Below are positions 18,919 to 28,180 of a DNA stretch of 64,000 bases, piece after piece; positions within the stretch are counted from its first letter, which is position 1; every line of letters begins with the position of its first letter. This DNA comes from Fibrobacteria bacterium (GTDB lineage Bacteria; Fibrobacterota; Fibrobacteria; UBA11236), in NCBI GenBank assembly GCA_017881725.1, contig JADGQO010000038.1:8687-72686 (forward strand). The letters run 5' to 3'. Position numbers and translations under genes: made by a program. The notes under the pieces are model-generated. The model searched no databases and was not told the origin of the DNA. It worked only from the letters and a program-made list of their open reading frames with translations.

Positions 18919-19326
18919 TCATTTACTCATAGCCGCGACTGAAATCTTCTTCGCCCCCGCCAGATTGCACGCGTCCATGACGCTCACCAGCAACCCCGTA
19001 TTCGAATCGCGATCGGCGATCAGCACCACTTCGCCCAGCGCGTTCTCCGCCAGCATCCGGCGCAACACGTCCTGAAGGCTTTCCATGTCCACCTGACGTT
19101 CGTTCACGTGCACGGTGCCTTCCCGCGTGATGGCCACCAGAATGCTTTGCCGGTTCAACTCGCCGGCGGACTGGGCCTGCGGCTTGTCCACGGTCACGCC
19201 CGTTTCCTTGGTCAGCGAGGAGGTCAGGATGGTAAAAATCAGGAGCACGAACACCACGTCGATGAGCGGCACGACATTGAGTTCGAAACCACCACGTTTT
19301 TTGGTCTGGATCAGGAACGGCTCCAT
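18919..19326 (-). CDS. exbD: ExbD/TolR biopolymer transport protein
   Basis: ELNVVPLIDVVFVLLIFTIL, one TM, periplasmic domain. Confidence 0.85.
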   Translation of the reverse strand: MEPFLIQTKKRGGFELNVVPLIDVVFVLLIFTILTSSLTKETGVTVDKPQAQSAGELNRQSILVAITREGTVHVNERQVDMESLQDVLRRMLAENALGEVVLIADRDSNTGLLVSVMDACNLAGAKKISVAAMSK

Positions 19327-19962
19327 TCAGGCGCCTCCTTGTTTCGGATGGTAAATCTGGTTGAGGATCACGGTGATGCCATATTCGACCTGGACCTGCA
19401 TCCAATGCACGCGGCCTTCCAGGCGTTGCCCCAGGAGAATGAGAACGATGGCGAGCAACAATCCGCTTTGCGTGGCGATCAAGGCTTCCGAAATGCCGTG
19501 GGCCAGAAGCACGGCGTTGCCGTTGCCGTATTCCGTCATGATGCGGAAGGTATGGATGAGGCCGCTGACCGTGCCGAGCAGGCCCAGCAACGGCGCCGAG
19601 CCGGCCATCACCTTGACCAGCGGCAGGTTGCGCTCCAGTTTGAACAAGGACAGCGCGAGTTTTTCCGATAAAAGGCGGCGCAGGGCCGATTCCGGCAAGG
19701 CGCGGTTTTCCAAGGCCAGGGACAAGCCGTAACCGATAAGTTTCGGCGTCTTGCGCGCCAATTTTTCGGCGCCTTGCACGTCGCCTTTGGCCACCAAGTC
19801 CCGGATGCGATCGAATTCCGGATTCAGGTTGGTCCGCCCCAGCCCGGCCCCGAGATTGGCGTAGGTGGAGAGTACCAGGCAAAATCCCCAAAAGCCGACC
19901 AGGATGATCGGAATGAGGACGAAGCCGCCCTGGGTCCAGGTGTCGTAGATTACGGAGTACAT
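19327..19962 (-). CDS. exbB: MotA/TolQ/ExbB proton-channel protein
   Basis: AGSAPLLGLLGTVSGLIHTF and GISEALIATQSGLLLAI; three TMs. Immediately upstream of exbD. Confidence 0.85.
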   Translation of the reverse strand: MYSVIYDTWTQGGFVLIPIILVGFWGFCLVLSTYANLGAGLGRTNLNPEFDRIRDLVAKGDVQGAEKLARKTPKLIGYGLSLALENRALPESALRRLLSEKLALSLFKLERNLPLVKVMAGSAPLLGLLGTVSGLIHTFRIMTEYGNGNAVLLAHGISEALIATQSGLLLAIVLILLGQRLEGRVHWMQVQVEYGITVILNQIYHPKQGGA

Positions 19963-20166
19963 CGTCTAAATGAAAAGGCAGAGTTCAGAAGTTAAAGGGG
20001 AAAAGTTAAAAGTGAAAATCATCGGCCGTTCCTTTGTTTTGCGGTGATGACGGATTTCGCAATGATGCTTAAAAGTTCGTTTGTTTCTTGGATCGATTCG
20101 TTTAATGATCGCATCAATTGGTTTCCGATGTGCAATGCAGGATTCCTGTTCGGAAAGTCCGCAACA

Positions 20167-20331
20167 CCATTAATAATGGTTGCCGCCAGATCCAGGAGTC
20201 AACAACCACGGGCATAGCCCGTGGTTTGGGTGTCGGGCCAAAGGCCCGACACCCAATGGCGCGACAGCGCCCTTGGTGATCGTTTGCGTTGCACCCCCGT
20301 GCCGGACCTTCCGCGGTCCGCAAGCACGGGG
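20167..20331. repeat. Cluster of GC-rich perfect hairpins (REP-like) in a 500-nt non-coding gap
   Basis: A 13-bp AT palindrome ccattaataatgg at 20167-20179. A 10-bp stem aaccacgggc/gcccgtggtt at 20204-20226. A 14-bp perfect stem ttgggtgtcgggcc-aaa-ggcccgacacccaa at 20226-20256. A nested stem ccccgtgc(cggacc-ttccgc-ggtccg)caa-gcacgggg at 20295-20331. Confidence 0.5.
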
Positions 20332-20463
20332 CCCATATACAAGCCGGAGGCGTTTCCAACGCAAACAATCGACCCGCCATTTCATCCGACCAGGCTTGGG
20401 AATTGGACTTTTCCGATCCTTTTTCCCTTTGACTTTTCACATCTTCCATTTGAATTTCCACGC

Positions 20464-22116
20464 TTAGTCCTTCGGCCACACGCGATTCAACGTTTCCAAC
20501 GCGCAACTGCTCAAAGTGGCGTTGATGGTGTCGAGCCGCTCGTTCAGGAAGCCGTGGATGAGCAAAACCGGGATGGCGATGGCCAGGCCCGTTTCCGTGT
20601 TGACCAGCGCTTCGGAAATGCCGCCGGCCAAAACCTTCGGGTCGTTGGCGCCCAGTTGGTTCAGGACTTTGAACAAGGTGACCAGGCCGCTGACCGTGCC
20701 CAACAGGCCCAGCAGCGGGGCCGCCGCGCCCATGGCGGCAATCAGGGGAAGGCGTTTTTCCAAGGCGGGAACCTCCCGCAGCATGGCTTCGCGCACGGCT
20801 TTTTCCGCCGTGTCGCGGCTTTGATCGGCGTGGGCGGCCAATGCCCCCAAGGTGCGCGCCAGGGCGCTGCCGGAAGCGTCGCACAGCCGCTTGGCTTCCG
20901 ACCATTTTTTTTGGTCTACCAGGGCCAGAAACTTTTTCATGAACCGGGGCGCGTTGACGCTCTTGCGGGTGAAATAAATCAGGCGCTCCAGGATCATGAG
21001 CAGGGACAGGATGCCCACGGCGAACAGGGGATACAAGGTCGGGCCGCCGGCTTTGAACCAGACGGCTACGCGTTTCTGCCAGGAAAGTTCCACTCCCTTC
21101 ACGAAACCGGAGCCAAGGCTTTTGTATTGCAATACGTCCATGGGCAAAGTCGCAACGACTTTGCCTTGGGCCGCGTCGCTGATGGCCGACGCCAAGGCGG
21201 CGTTGAACCCCTGGGCCAAGTCCGAGCGCCAGACGAAGGTTTTGCCTTGCAGATTCCCGGTGCGTAACAGGATTTGCGATTCCGCGGTTTTGCCCGCGCC
21301 GGCCGCGACTGCGGGTGTACCTGAGGCCGCAGAGCCCGCGTTGTCCGAGCTCGTGGCTCCGTTCTTCTCCAGCTCGCCGATGAACACCGTGCCCAATTGC
21401 AATCGCCAGGCTTCGGCCGAACGCCCCTGTCCGAAAACCGCTTGCCGCGAGGTGAGGCTTTGCGACTGCGTCAGATCCACGCGCGACAAAGTCACGCCCA
21501 GGAATTCGCGCAGCGCGCCGTCCGTGGCGGAAAAATCGTCCCTGGATATTCCGAGTCCGGGCCTGCCCCCGTTTTCCTTCCCGCTATTTTCCTTGGCGCC
21601 CGACTCCTTACCGGTTTTATCCGCCAGCAAACTTCCTGCATGCGACAGGCGCAGATTCCGTTCTTCAATCCCCACGGGGATGTCCGAAGCCAGATTATCG
21701 GAAGCAGCGTCCACGGCGCGTTTCAAGGCGGCGTTGAATCCATCCCATCCCGATTGGATCGCGGCGGCTTCATCCGCTTTATCCTTGGTCTCGCCCTTGG
21801 CTTTGATCAATTCATCTTCCAAACGCGTCAGGTCCGAGGCGAGGCGGCCGTATTTTTCCTCCAGTTGGCGGGCCTTTTCGTCCGCGTCCTTGGCATGGGC
21901 GGCTTGGCGATAGCGCGCGTCCCAACGTTCAGCTTCTTTCTTTTCAAGCGCGTCCAGCTTCTCGGCCTTGAGGTTTTCCACCGAGGTCAGTTCGCGTTGA
22001 ACGTCTTCCAGGGCCTTGCGTTTGGCCGCGTCGGGATCGTCCTTGGCGAAAACGGGCGTGAAGGCCGTTGCGAGACCCAGCGCGAGGCAACCGAAAAATG
22101 CGTGTCTGAGGTTCAT
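20464..22116 (-). CDS. MotA/TolQ/ExbB-family protein with a ~320-aa periplasmic coiled-coil N-terminal domain
   Basis: Signal peptide, long charged/coiled region, then TM (LYPLFAVGILSLLMILERLIYF) and an ExbB core (AAPLLGLLGTVSGLVTLFKVL, GISEALVNTETGLAIAIPVLL). The start overlaps the upstream stop (TAATG). Confidence 0.75.
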   Translation of the reverse strand: MNLRHAFFGCLALGLATAFTPVFAKDDPDAAKRKALEDVQRELTSVENLKAEKLDALEKKEAERWDARYRQAAHAKDADEKARQLEEKYGRLASDLTRLEDELIKAKGETKDKADEAAAIQSGWDGFNAALKRAVDAASDNLASDIPVGIEERNLRLSHAGSLLADKTGKESGAKENSGKENGGRPGLGISRDDFSATDGALREFLGVTLSRVDLTQSQSLTSRQAVFGQGRSAEAWRLQLGTVFIGELEKNGATSSDNAGSAASGTPAVAAGAGKTAESQILLRTGNLQGKTFVWRSDLAQGFNAALASAISDAAQGKVVATLPMDVLQYKSLGSGFVKGVELSWQKRVAVWFKAGGPTLYPLFAVGILSLLMILERLIYFTRKSVNAPRFMKKFLALVDQKKWSEAKRLCDASGSALARTLGALAAHADQSRDTAEKAVREAMLREVPALEKRLPLIAAMGAAAPLLGLLGTVSGLVTLFKVLNQLGANDPKVLAGGISEALVNTETGLAIAIPVLLIHGFLNERLDTINATLSSCALETLNRVWPKD

Positions 22117-23069
22117 TACTTGCCTCCCTTCGGCGCGATGCCCAGGTTAAGCGTGGCCAATTGCGGCGGACGCTTGGCGGCCTTGATTTCCAGGGCGGCG
22201 CGGATTTGGTTTTTCTCCGCGAAGGATGGATCCTCGCGCCAGTCCCACCCAGTCATGGAAGTGGATGTGGTTGCGGATGCGGATGCGGATGCGGATGCCG
22301 CCGTGCCGGGGGTTCCGGTGACTCCCGGTTTCCGTTCCAGGATGCCGAAGTGCTGGCCTTCCTCGTCCATGTAAACGAGCCATTGATTTCCGACTTTGAG
22401 CAATTGGGCGTTGACCACCTCGCCGTTTTTGCGCGTGACGGGTTTGTTGATGAGGGCGATTTCATCGCCGTTTTTGATCTCCTCTTTGAGGACGGCGTTG
22501 AGGCGCGCGAAGCCTTCGTCCACCGTCGCCGCGCCGGATTCCAAATCCTTGCGCAACGCTTTCACACGATCGAGGCGGGCCTCATTGTCCCAGGGCAGGC
22601 CTTCGCCAATGCGTCGGGCCAGGGAATCGCAGAACCCGGCCAAGGTCAGGGACAGGTTCTTTTGCCGGACCTTGATTTCCTCCACGGTATTTTGCCGGCG
22701 GCTTTGCTGACCGCGCTCGGCGGCGATTTTGGCTTGCGCCTCCTGAATGCGCGTTTGCAACGCGGCGTTTTCTTTTTCGCGGCGTTCGTGATCCTTGGAT
22801 GCGCGATCCACGGATTGGGACGCACGGGCGGCCTCATCGGCGATCAAGGAGTCGGTCTTGCGCAGGTCGGCGTCGGCCTTGGCGAGTTCTTTTTTGGCTT
22901 GCGCCAAATCGGATTTGGCTTTTTGCAAGTCCGCGTCGACATGGGAAGCGGCGGTCTCCTGGGCGACCGGTGCGTTGGGTAACAGGGAGGTTACGCAAAT
23001 CGCCAACGCGGTTATGATCAGGACGCGCGCCAGCGGATGCGGGGCGGAAGATTTTTTTTCATGTCCCAT
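22116..23069 (-). CDS. Secreted coiled-coil protein with an Ala/Ser/Thr repeat tract
   Basis: Start at MGHEKK (23067-23069) with GAGGAG 7 nt upstream. Signal peptide ARVLIITALAICVTSLL, then heptad-like charged repeats. ASASASASATTSTS is encoded by the hexamer repeat at 22261-22296. Confidence 0.6.
   Translation of the reverse strand: MGHEKKSSAPHPLARVLIITALAICVTSLLPNAPVAQETAASHVDADLQKAKSDLAQAKKELAKADADLRKTDSLIADEAARASQSVDRASKDHERREKENAALQTRIQEAQAKIAAERGQQSRRQNTVEEIKVRQKNLSLTLAGFCDSLARRIGEGLPWDNEARLDRVKALRKDLESGAATVDEGFARLNAVLKEEIKNGDEIALINKPVTRKNGEVVNAQLLKVGNQWLVYMDEEGQHFGILERKPGVTGTPGTAASASASASATTSTSMTGWDWREDPSFAEKNQIRAALEIKAAKRPPQLATLNLGIAPKGGK
22261..22296. repeat. In-frame hexanucleotide microsatellite (GYGGAT)x6, with four perfect gcggat units
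   Basis: gtggat gtggtt gcggat gcggat gcggat gcggat. It lies inside the coiled-coil protein gene (minus strand, encoding the AS repeats). Confidence 0.7.
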
Positions 23070-23101
23070 CGGGATCTCCTCGTGAATTTCGCGGTCGGTC
23101 A

Positions 23102-24898
23102 TTAATGGCATAAGGTCTCCGTCGAATGGTCCTTGCAGTAGGAGTCGGCATGTCCGCATAGGGTTTCCGATAGCCGGGGCTTGTCGGTGCAATAGCTGAC
23201 AAGGCCCCATTGGCATTGGCCCGGGAGCTGCCAACCTTGATCCAGGCAATAATTCCAGAGAATTTGTTTGCAGGCATTCCGGCCCTTGGTTTCCCGGCAC
23301 TCCGCGAGGTAGGCGGCGCAAAGTGGCTCGCTATCGGGGAAATCGTTCTCGATGCAGAATTGCCGCCGGCCTTGATGCAAAGTCGTCGTGTCCGACGCCG
23401 CGGGATAGACTGAGGTATCGCAAGCTTGGTGTAAAGTCGTATCCTTCGAATGCGGCACCTCCAGGCAGGCGTTCACGGCCGCCGGGCGGCATTCCTCCGG
23501 CTTCCAACCTTGAGCTTCGCAGTACTCGGGATAGTACGCTCGGCAATTCCCGCTGCCCTGCCATCCGCCCTGTTCTCGGCAGAAAACGGCGTGCGTGGCG
23601 CGCATGTCATAGGGCTTGTTCATCGGGTCCACATTGATGACCACATCGAAGGAATCGGCTATCGCGCCCACGAAAATTCCCTGCCCGCCTTCCACGTTAT
23701 ATTTCACCTGAACGCGCGGGTCGCCGTTCTGGCCGCCGCCGCCCTGGGTGGCCGTTGCGGTGGCGTGGAAGTCATAATAAGCCTGCTCGGTGGCGTAGAA
23801 ATACAGCCGGTTAAGGCCGAATTGAAACCAAGTGTTGACCACGCCCATGCTGTCCAGCAAATCCCATCCGTTGGGTCCCACCGCGTCGGGATAAACCAGC
23901 AAGCGGCGGATGTCGCCGGGAAAATAGAACCGGGCGGAATCGGGCTTACCGCCCAAGGGAGAATCGAAACCCGTTTGCGGGCTCTGTCCTAGAGGATCGA
24001 ACCTCTGCGTGATGAGCACGGCCTTCACGTCCCCGCTGCGATCGTCGCTATAATAATGGGAAAGCGTATTGAAGGCCCCGTTGAGATAAAAGACGGTGGC
24101 GGAATCCCGGTAGGTGAAATGGCTTTTCTTGAGTAAATCGGTCAAGCGGGTTTGCATGGCCTTGCCGTTCTTTTTGATATAGTCCTTGAGCGCGGTGCTA
24201 TCGTTCTGTGACGCCGTGGGGTCGTTCAAAAGCTTGGTCAGCGTATCACCGTATTCCTTCACCATCACGTCCCGCACATCGGGCGGCAAACTTGAGAAAA
24301 ATGCAAGGCTGAAAATATTCTCCGGAACCCCGCCGTGTTGGGCCAGGCTCGGAGCGACCGCGTCATGATGCAGCTTGAACATCGTCGGAACATGGGCCGT
24401 CGAAGTCAAATGCGAAACCACGCGCCGGCCTGAGCTGTCCCATTGGATGCGCGCGTCGATGGCATAATTGTTCCCGGCCAGAACCCAATAATTCGCATCG
24501 CCGAGGAAGCAATTGGGCGTGTCCACCGAGGCGGTCAGCCGCAACACGGTGTCGACGCCGGTTCCGGAAGTGTCCCCGGCCTTGGCGAATCGTCCACTGA
24601 CGCGGATGCCCGCGGTGTCGTAGAACGCGTAGGCTTCCGTCGCCTCCTCGCTGATATCCATGACGCGCTCGAAGCAGACATGCCGGAGCGGTTGTTTCGC
24701 AATGGCATAGCCGGTTAGGAACAAGCCATGGAAAGGCGGAGGATTCTCGGGATAATAGTCCCAGGGGCCCTGGATGCATGCGCCCAAGGCTAATAGGGCG
24801 AGAAGGGCGGATACGGCGGTTATGGCGAAGGCGGCGCCCCGGCTCGGGAGCGGCGCGCGGAACCAACGGCTGCCGGTGCGGTTAGAAGTAGTATTCAT
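23102..24898 (-). CDS. Lipoprotein with a Cys-rich C-terminal domain, translationally coupled to the upstream TonB-dependent receptor
   Basis: Lipobox LALLALGAC. The C-terminal 170 aa contain about 20 Cys (CREQGGWQGSGNCRAYYPEYCEAQGWKPEEC ...). Its ATG at 24896-24898 lies inside the last codons of the TBDR (17-nt overlap). Confidence 0.6.
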   Translation of the reverse strand: MNTTSNRTGSRWFRAPLPSRGAAFAITAVSALLALLALGACIQGPWDYYPENPPPFHGLFLTGYAIAKQPLRHVCFERVMDISEEATEAYAFYDTAGIRVSGRFAKAGDTSGTGVDTVLRLTASVDTPNCFLGDANYWVLAGNNYAIDARIQWDSSGRRVVSHLTSTAHVPTMFKLHHDAVAPSLAQHGGVPENIFSLAFFSSLPPDVRDVMVKEYGDTLTKLLNDPTASQNDSTALKDYIKKNGKAMQTRLTDLLKKSHFTYRDSATVFYLNGAFNTLSHYYSDDRSGDVKAVLITQRFDPLGQSPQTGFDSPLGGKPDSARFYFPGDIRRLLVYPDAVGPNGWDLLDSMGVVNTWFQFGLNRLYFYATEQAYYDFHATATATQGGGGQNGDPRVQVKYNVEGGQGIFVGAIADSFDVVINVDPMNKPYDMRATHAVFCREQGGWQGSGNCRAYYPEYCEAQGWKPEECRPAAVNACLEVPHSKDTTLHQACDTSVYPAASDTTTLHQGRRQFCIENDFPDSEPLCAAYLAECRETKGRNACKQILWNYCLDQGWQLPGQCQWGLVSYCTDKPRLSETLCGHADSYCKDHSTETLCH

Positions 24899-27422
24899 AG
24901 TTCAGCAAGTATGGGAAGAAGGGAAACTGCGTGATCTCGATCCGCTCGGGCGGATTTTTCTGTCGGTCGTACGTGTAAAAGAAAATATTCTTGTGCCCGG
25001 TCAGGTTTAAGATGGTCCAGGAAAAATTCCATTTGCCCTCCTTGCCCCAATCCACCGCCTTGGCGTCCCAGCGGAAATACGCAGGCACGAAAGCGGCGTT
25101 GCGGTTGCCTCGCTCCAAGTCGATATTGTTCTGGAATTCCGGATTCGGCCCGCCGGCATCGCGGCCCTGGTTCTGATCCAACAGATGCGCGTCGCTGTAT
25201 CCGACGTATTCCGTATAGGGCAGGCCGGTGGAGTACTTCATCTGCATGGAACTGCGGAAATATTTCCCCGGCTTCTTGAGATGGAAGATCCCGTCCTTGT
25301 TGGCGAACCAGTTGATGGCCATATCGCCCTTAAAACTGTGCGGCTGGTGCCAGGAGGGAAAATACGGCGAGCCGGTATGATGATCCTCGCGGATGACGGC
25401 GGTGCCGTTGGAATAACTGAGACCGCCGAATACCAGGCCGTCGGGATGACGTAGCGAGACTTCGAAACCGTAGCTGTAGCCCTGCGCCTCCGTAAACAAA
25501 TCGCCCAAGGTGCGGTTGGTGTTGTACTGGATGGAATCGGGGATGTCGTTCGGCGCGAACATGACCAAATGGTTCAGCGTCTTGTAATAGCCTTCCAAGG
25601 TGAAATCCCAGGCGTCGCGGAACTTGTCGATGCCGTAACCGGCGGAGAAGAGGAGGGACGAGGTGGGATCGATGGTTTGGTATTTCACTTTCTTGGCTGG
25701 ATAATAAAATTCGTTCAGGTTTTCCTGATCGGAAAATTGGATGGAGTTGATGTATTGCTGATAGAAGCCGGTATGGAAATCCAGCGATTGGTTATGCGGC
25801 AATTTGTATTTGATCGACAAGCGTGGTTCAATGCCGGGTTCGTCGATACGCGTGCTTTGCGTCAGGCGCAGGCCGGGGGAAATTTCGACGTCGCCGAGGG
25901 ACCATTTGTCCTGGGCGTACACGCTGTTGAGCCCGAAGGTAGTTTCATCGCGCAGCGAAATCTTGGCGATGATTTGGTCGTTGCGGAAAATGGTTTGCAT
26001 CAGGTTCAGGTCCACGCCGAAAGTGAGCCGATGGGCTTCCAGTCCGGAATACTCGACCGACTGCTTGTAATTGGACGTCACGATGCGGTTGTAAAACGCG
26101 AAAATATGCTGCAAGGCGAAGTCCTGGCTGAAATGACTGTAGGATGCCGTGGCCTCGGTGGTCCACTCGCGGTTGATGCGTCCTTTATAATTGAGCGGGA
26201 TGACCGTGTTGCCCCAATCGACCAGGAAAGGCGAAAAGTCGAGTTCGTCGCGCCCGTTGTACCAGGACAGCATCAGACTATTGTCCTTGTCGATGTCGTA
26301 GTGGACGTTGCCTTGCAGGTCGTAGAAATAATATTTCAGATCCAAATCCGTGAGGCCATTGTCGCGCAAGGCCGTAAGCACCTGGTCGATATAGGTGCGC
26401 CGGCCCGCGACCAGCCAACGGACGGGACCCTCATGGCCTTCGGTATGCACTTGCGATGCGAAGGTGCTGACCTTGACGGATGAGCCGGTGAACACCGTTT
26501 GCGCCGTGTCCTTGCCGCCTTCCCGCGATTTGATGTCGAGCACCGAGGACAGGCGGTTGCCGTATTCGGGAGGGAACCCGCCTTTATAGAAATTGACTTC
26601 GTCGATGCCTTCCACGAGGAAGGTGGAGAAGAGGCCGAAGAAATGCACCGGCGAGTAGACCACAGCCTTGTCGAGCAGGATGAGATTTTGATCCGATCCG
26701 CCGCCGCGCACGTAAATCTTGGTCGAGAAATCCGACGATGCCACCACGCCCGGCAAGCCTTGAATGCTGCGGATGACGTCCGCTTCCGCCAAGCCCGGCA
26801 TGCGTTTGATGAGTTTGGCCGACACGGTGGATTTCCCCAGCGAACGCTTGGGCGCGCGTTGGGCCCGGACCAGGACCTTCTTGAGCTGCACGGCTTCCTC
26901 GCTGCGGACCGTTCCCGCCGCCGAATCCTGGGACAGGTTGTCCGCGGCTGCGGTTGTTTGCGGCCCATTGTTTTCCGGGGCTTGGACCAACACGGCCGGA
27001 CCTTCGCCCAACACGGCGGAAAAGACGCTGTCGGTACCGAGATAGCGGAGCTCGTAACAATGTTCGACGCGGCTCTCGGGGCTTATGGATCCGCTTTCAC
27101 CGCCCGCCACACCTGACGATCCGGAGGGCGCGGTTCCCGAGGCTTGCGCCGGTGCGCTGAAGCAAAGGTTCCATAAGGTATCGGCCGGCAAGCGGATCTT
27201 GAATTCCGTACCCGCAGTGATTCCCAGAGTATCTCCCGACTCCAGGACTTCCAAGCGCACCGGTGAGCCGCTCGCGAAGGAGGTATCGCGTAAGTTACCC
27301 TGGAAGCTCAATGACGCCGATCCGGGCGCAGCGGATTTGCCGTTGGATATGCCTTCGGGCGCCGCGTCTTGCCGCATCGGTTGGGCTCGGCTCACGCCCA
27401 ATGCCAAGGCTAGGACGGCCAT
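24882..27422 (-). CDS. TonB-dependent outer-membrane receptor (SusC/RagA-like layout: N-terminal extension, plug and 22-strand barrel)
   Basis: Signal peptide MAVLALALGVSRAQP. Plug motifs (KIYVRGGGSDQNLILLDKAVV, YKGGFPPEYGNRLSSVL). Long beta-barrel region ending in an aromatic residue (NYEYYF). An alternative upstream ATG at 27494 (MRNWNHIL) would add a 24-aa extension. Confidence 0.85.
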   Translation of the reverse strand: MAVLALALGVSRAQPMRQDAAPEGISNGKSAAPGSASLSFQGNLRDTSFASGSPVRLEVLESGDTLGITAGTEFKIRLPADTLWNLCFSAPAQASGTAPSGSSGVAGGESGSISPESRVEHCYELRYLGTDSVFSAVLGEGPAVLVQAPENNGPQTTAAADNLSQDSAAGTVRSEEAVQLKKVLVRAQRAPKRSLGKSTVSAKLIKRMPGLAEADVIRSIQGLPGVVASSDFSTKIYVRGGGSDQNLILLDKAVVYSPVHFFGLFSTFLVEGIDEVNFYKGGFPPEYGNRLSSVLDIKSREGGKDTAQTVFTGSSVKVSTFASQVHTEGHEGPVRWLVAGRRTYIDQVLTALRDNGLTDLDLKYYFYDLQGNVHYDIDKDNSLMLSWYNGRDELDFSPFLVDWGNTVIPLNYKGRINREWTTEATASYSHFSQDFALQHIFAFYNRIVTSNYKQSVEYSGLEAHRLTFGVDLNLMQTIFRNDQIIAKISLRDETTFGLNSVYAQDKWSLGDVEISPGLRLTQSTRIDEPGIEPRLSIKYKLPHNQSLDFHTGFYQQYINSIQFSDQENLNEFYYPAKKVKYQTIDPTSSLLFSAGYGIDKFRDAWDFTLEGYYKTLNHLVMFAPNDIPDSIQYNTNRTLGDLFTEAQGYSYGFEVSLRHPDGLVFGGLSYSNGTAVIREDHHTGSPYFPSWHQPHSFKGDMAINWFANKDGIFHLKKPGKYFRSSMQMKYSTGLPYTEYVGYSDAHLLDQNQGRDAGGPNPEFQNNIDLERGNRNAAFVPAYFRWDAKAVDWGKEGKWNFSWTILNLTGHKNIFFYTYDRQKNPPERIEITQFPFFPYLLNYEYYF

Positions 27423-27513
27423 CGCGCAGGCCGGCTTGACCGCCTTCCCATTGGGGTTGGCTTCCGTGGATAAGATGTGATTCCAATTGCGCATCGATTC
27501 AAAACACCTGAAT

Positions 27514-27555
27514 TGTTAACAATGTAAACGTTAATTGTAATCCGCGTCAAGATCT
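27514..27555 (-). promoter_or_regulatory. Promoter/operator module, copy 1 (upstream of the TBDR gene): TTGACG-N18-TACATT followed by the palindrome TGTTAACA
   Basis: Minus-strand reading: cTTGACGcggattacaattaacgttTACATTgTTAACAattc. It is about 42 nt identical in layout to the module immediately upstream of tetR at 28141-28180. Confidence 0.6.
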
Positions 27556-28140
27556 CAATTTCGGATCTTCCAACCCGTGCATCAACCGTTTTTGGGATTC
27601 CCCGAATAAAATCCGGAAGTTCGGTTCCTCGATGGGCCACTTTCCCGCCAGAAAAATGGCGATCAGTCCGTGACTATGCGCCCAAATGGTCATGGCGACG
27701 CCGAACGGTTCGTCCTTACGCAAGCATCCCGCTTCCATACACTCCTGCACCCGGTCCACCAGGAACTGGAAAGTCGCCCGGCTCTTATCCTGTAATTCCT
27801 CAGGAAGGCACTCCGCGCCCAATTGTTGTGGGCCCATGAAGATGACCTCGTAATATTTGCTGTGCTCCAAGGCGAAATTCAGATAGGCCGTCGCCGCCAG
27901 GTCGAAACGCTCTTTCGCCGTTTTGCCTGCCAGGGCCGCGAACAAATAATTTCCGAACACCTTTGCCGCTTCACCGATGATGCTATGGACCAAATCCTCT
28001 TTATTCCGATAATGCCGGTACAGGGCCGTGGCGCTCACGTCCAGCATTTCGGCCAAGTGGCGCATGGACAGGCCCTTCAGACCTTGATCCAGGTACAGAT
28101 CGACGGCGCATTGAAGAATTCGTTCCTTAAGATCGGACAT
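27547..28140 (-). CDS. TetR/AcrR-family transcriptional regulator
   Basis: N-terminal HTH (RILQCAVDLYLDQGLKGLSMRHLAEMLDVSATALYRHYRNKEDL). The start is the ATG at 28138-28140; the longer ORF-track start has no support. Confidence 0.85.
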   Translation of the reverse strand: MSDLKERILQCAVDLYLDQGLKGLSMRHLAEMLDVSATALYRHYRNKEDLVHSIIGEAAKVFGNYLFAALAGKTAKERFDLAATAYLNFALEHSKYYEVIFMGPQQLGAECLPEELQDKSRATFQFLVDRVQECMEAGCLRKDEPFGVAMTIWAHSHGLIAIFLAGKWPIEEPNFRILFGESQKRLMHGLEDPKLRS

Positions 28141-28180
28141 GTTAACAGTGTAAACATTGGGGCGATAAGCGTCAAGGGTC
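28141..28180 (-). promoter_or_regulatory. Promoter/operator module, copy 2 (tetR autoregulatory site): TTGACG-N17-TACACT-GTTAAC-ATG, implying a leaderless tetR mRNA
   Basis: Minus-strand reading: cTTGACGcttatcgccccaatgttTACACTGTTAACATG, with ATG being the tetR start. The TGTTAACA palindrome overlaps the predicted transcription start. Confidence 0.55.

Noticed and set aside
18593-18922. 109-aa minus-strand ORF filling the 368-nt gap between exbD and tonB (a second exbD would be expected here in some lineages)
   Set aside because: The translation is an R/G/A/E low-complexity string with no TM helix or ExbD motifs. GC3 is mixed rather than high. The region is a polypyrimidine/polypurine tract and is better treated as non-coding spacer.
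23102-24898. Calling the TBDR-coupled lipoprotein a SusD/RagB homolog
   Set aside because: Its position fits, but the sequence lacks the TPR-like helical character of SusD and instead has a Cys-rich C-terminal domain. It is left as an uncharacterised lipoprotein.
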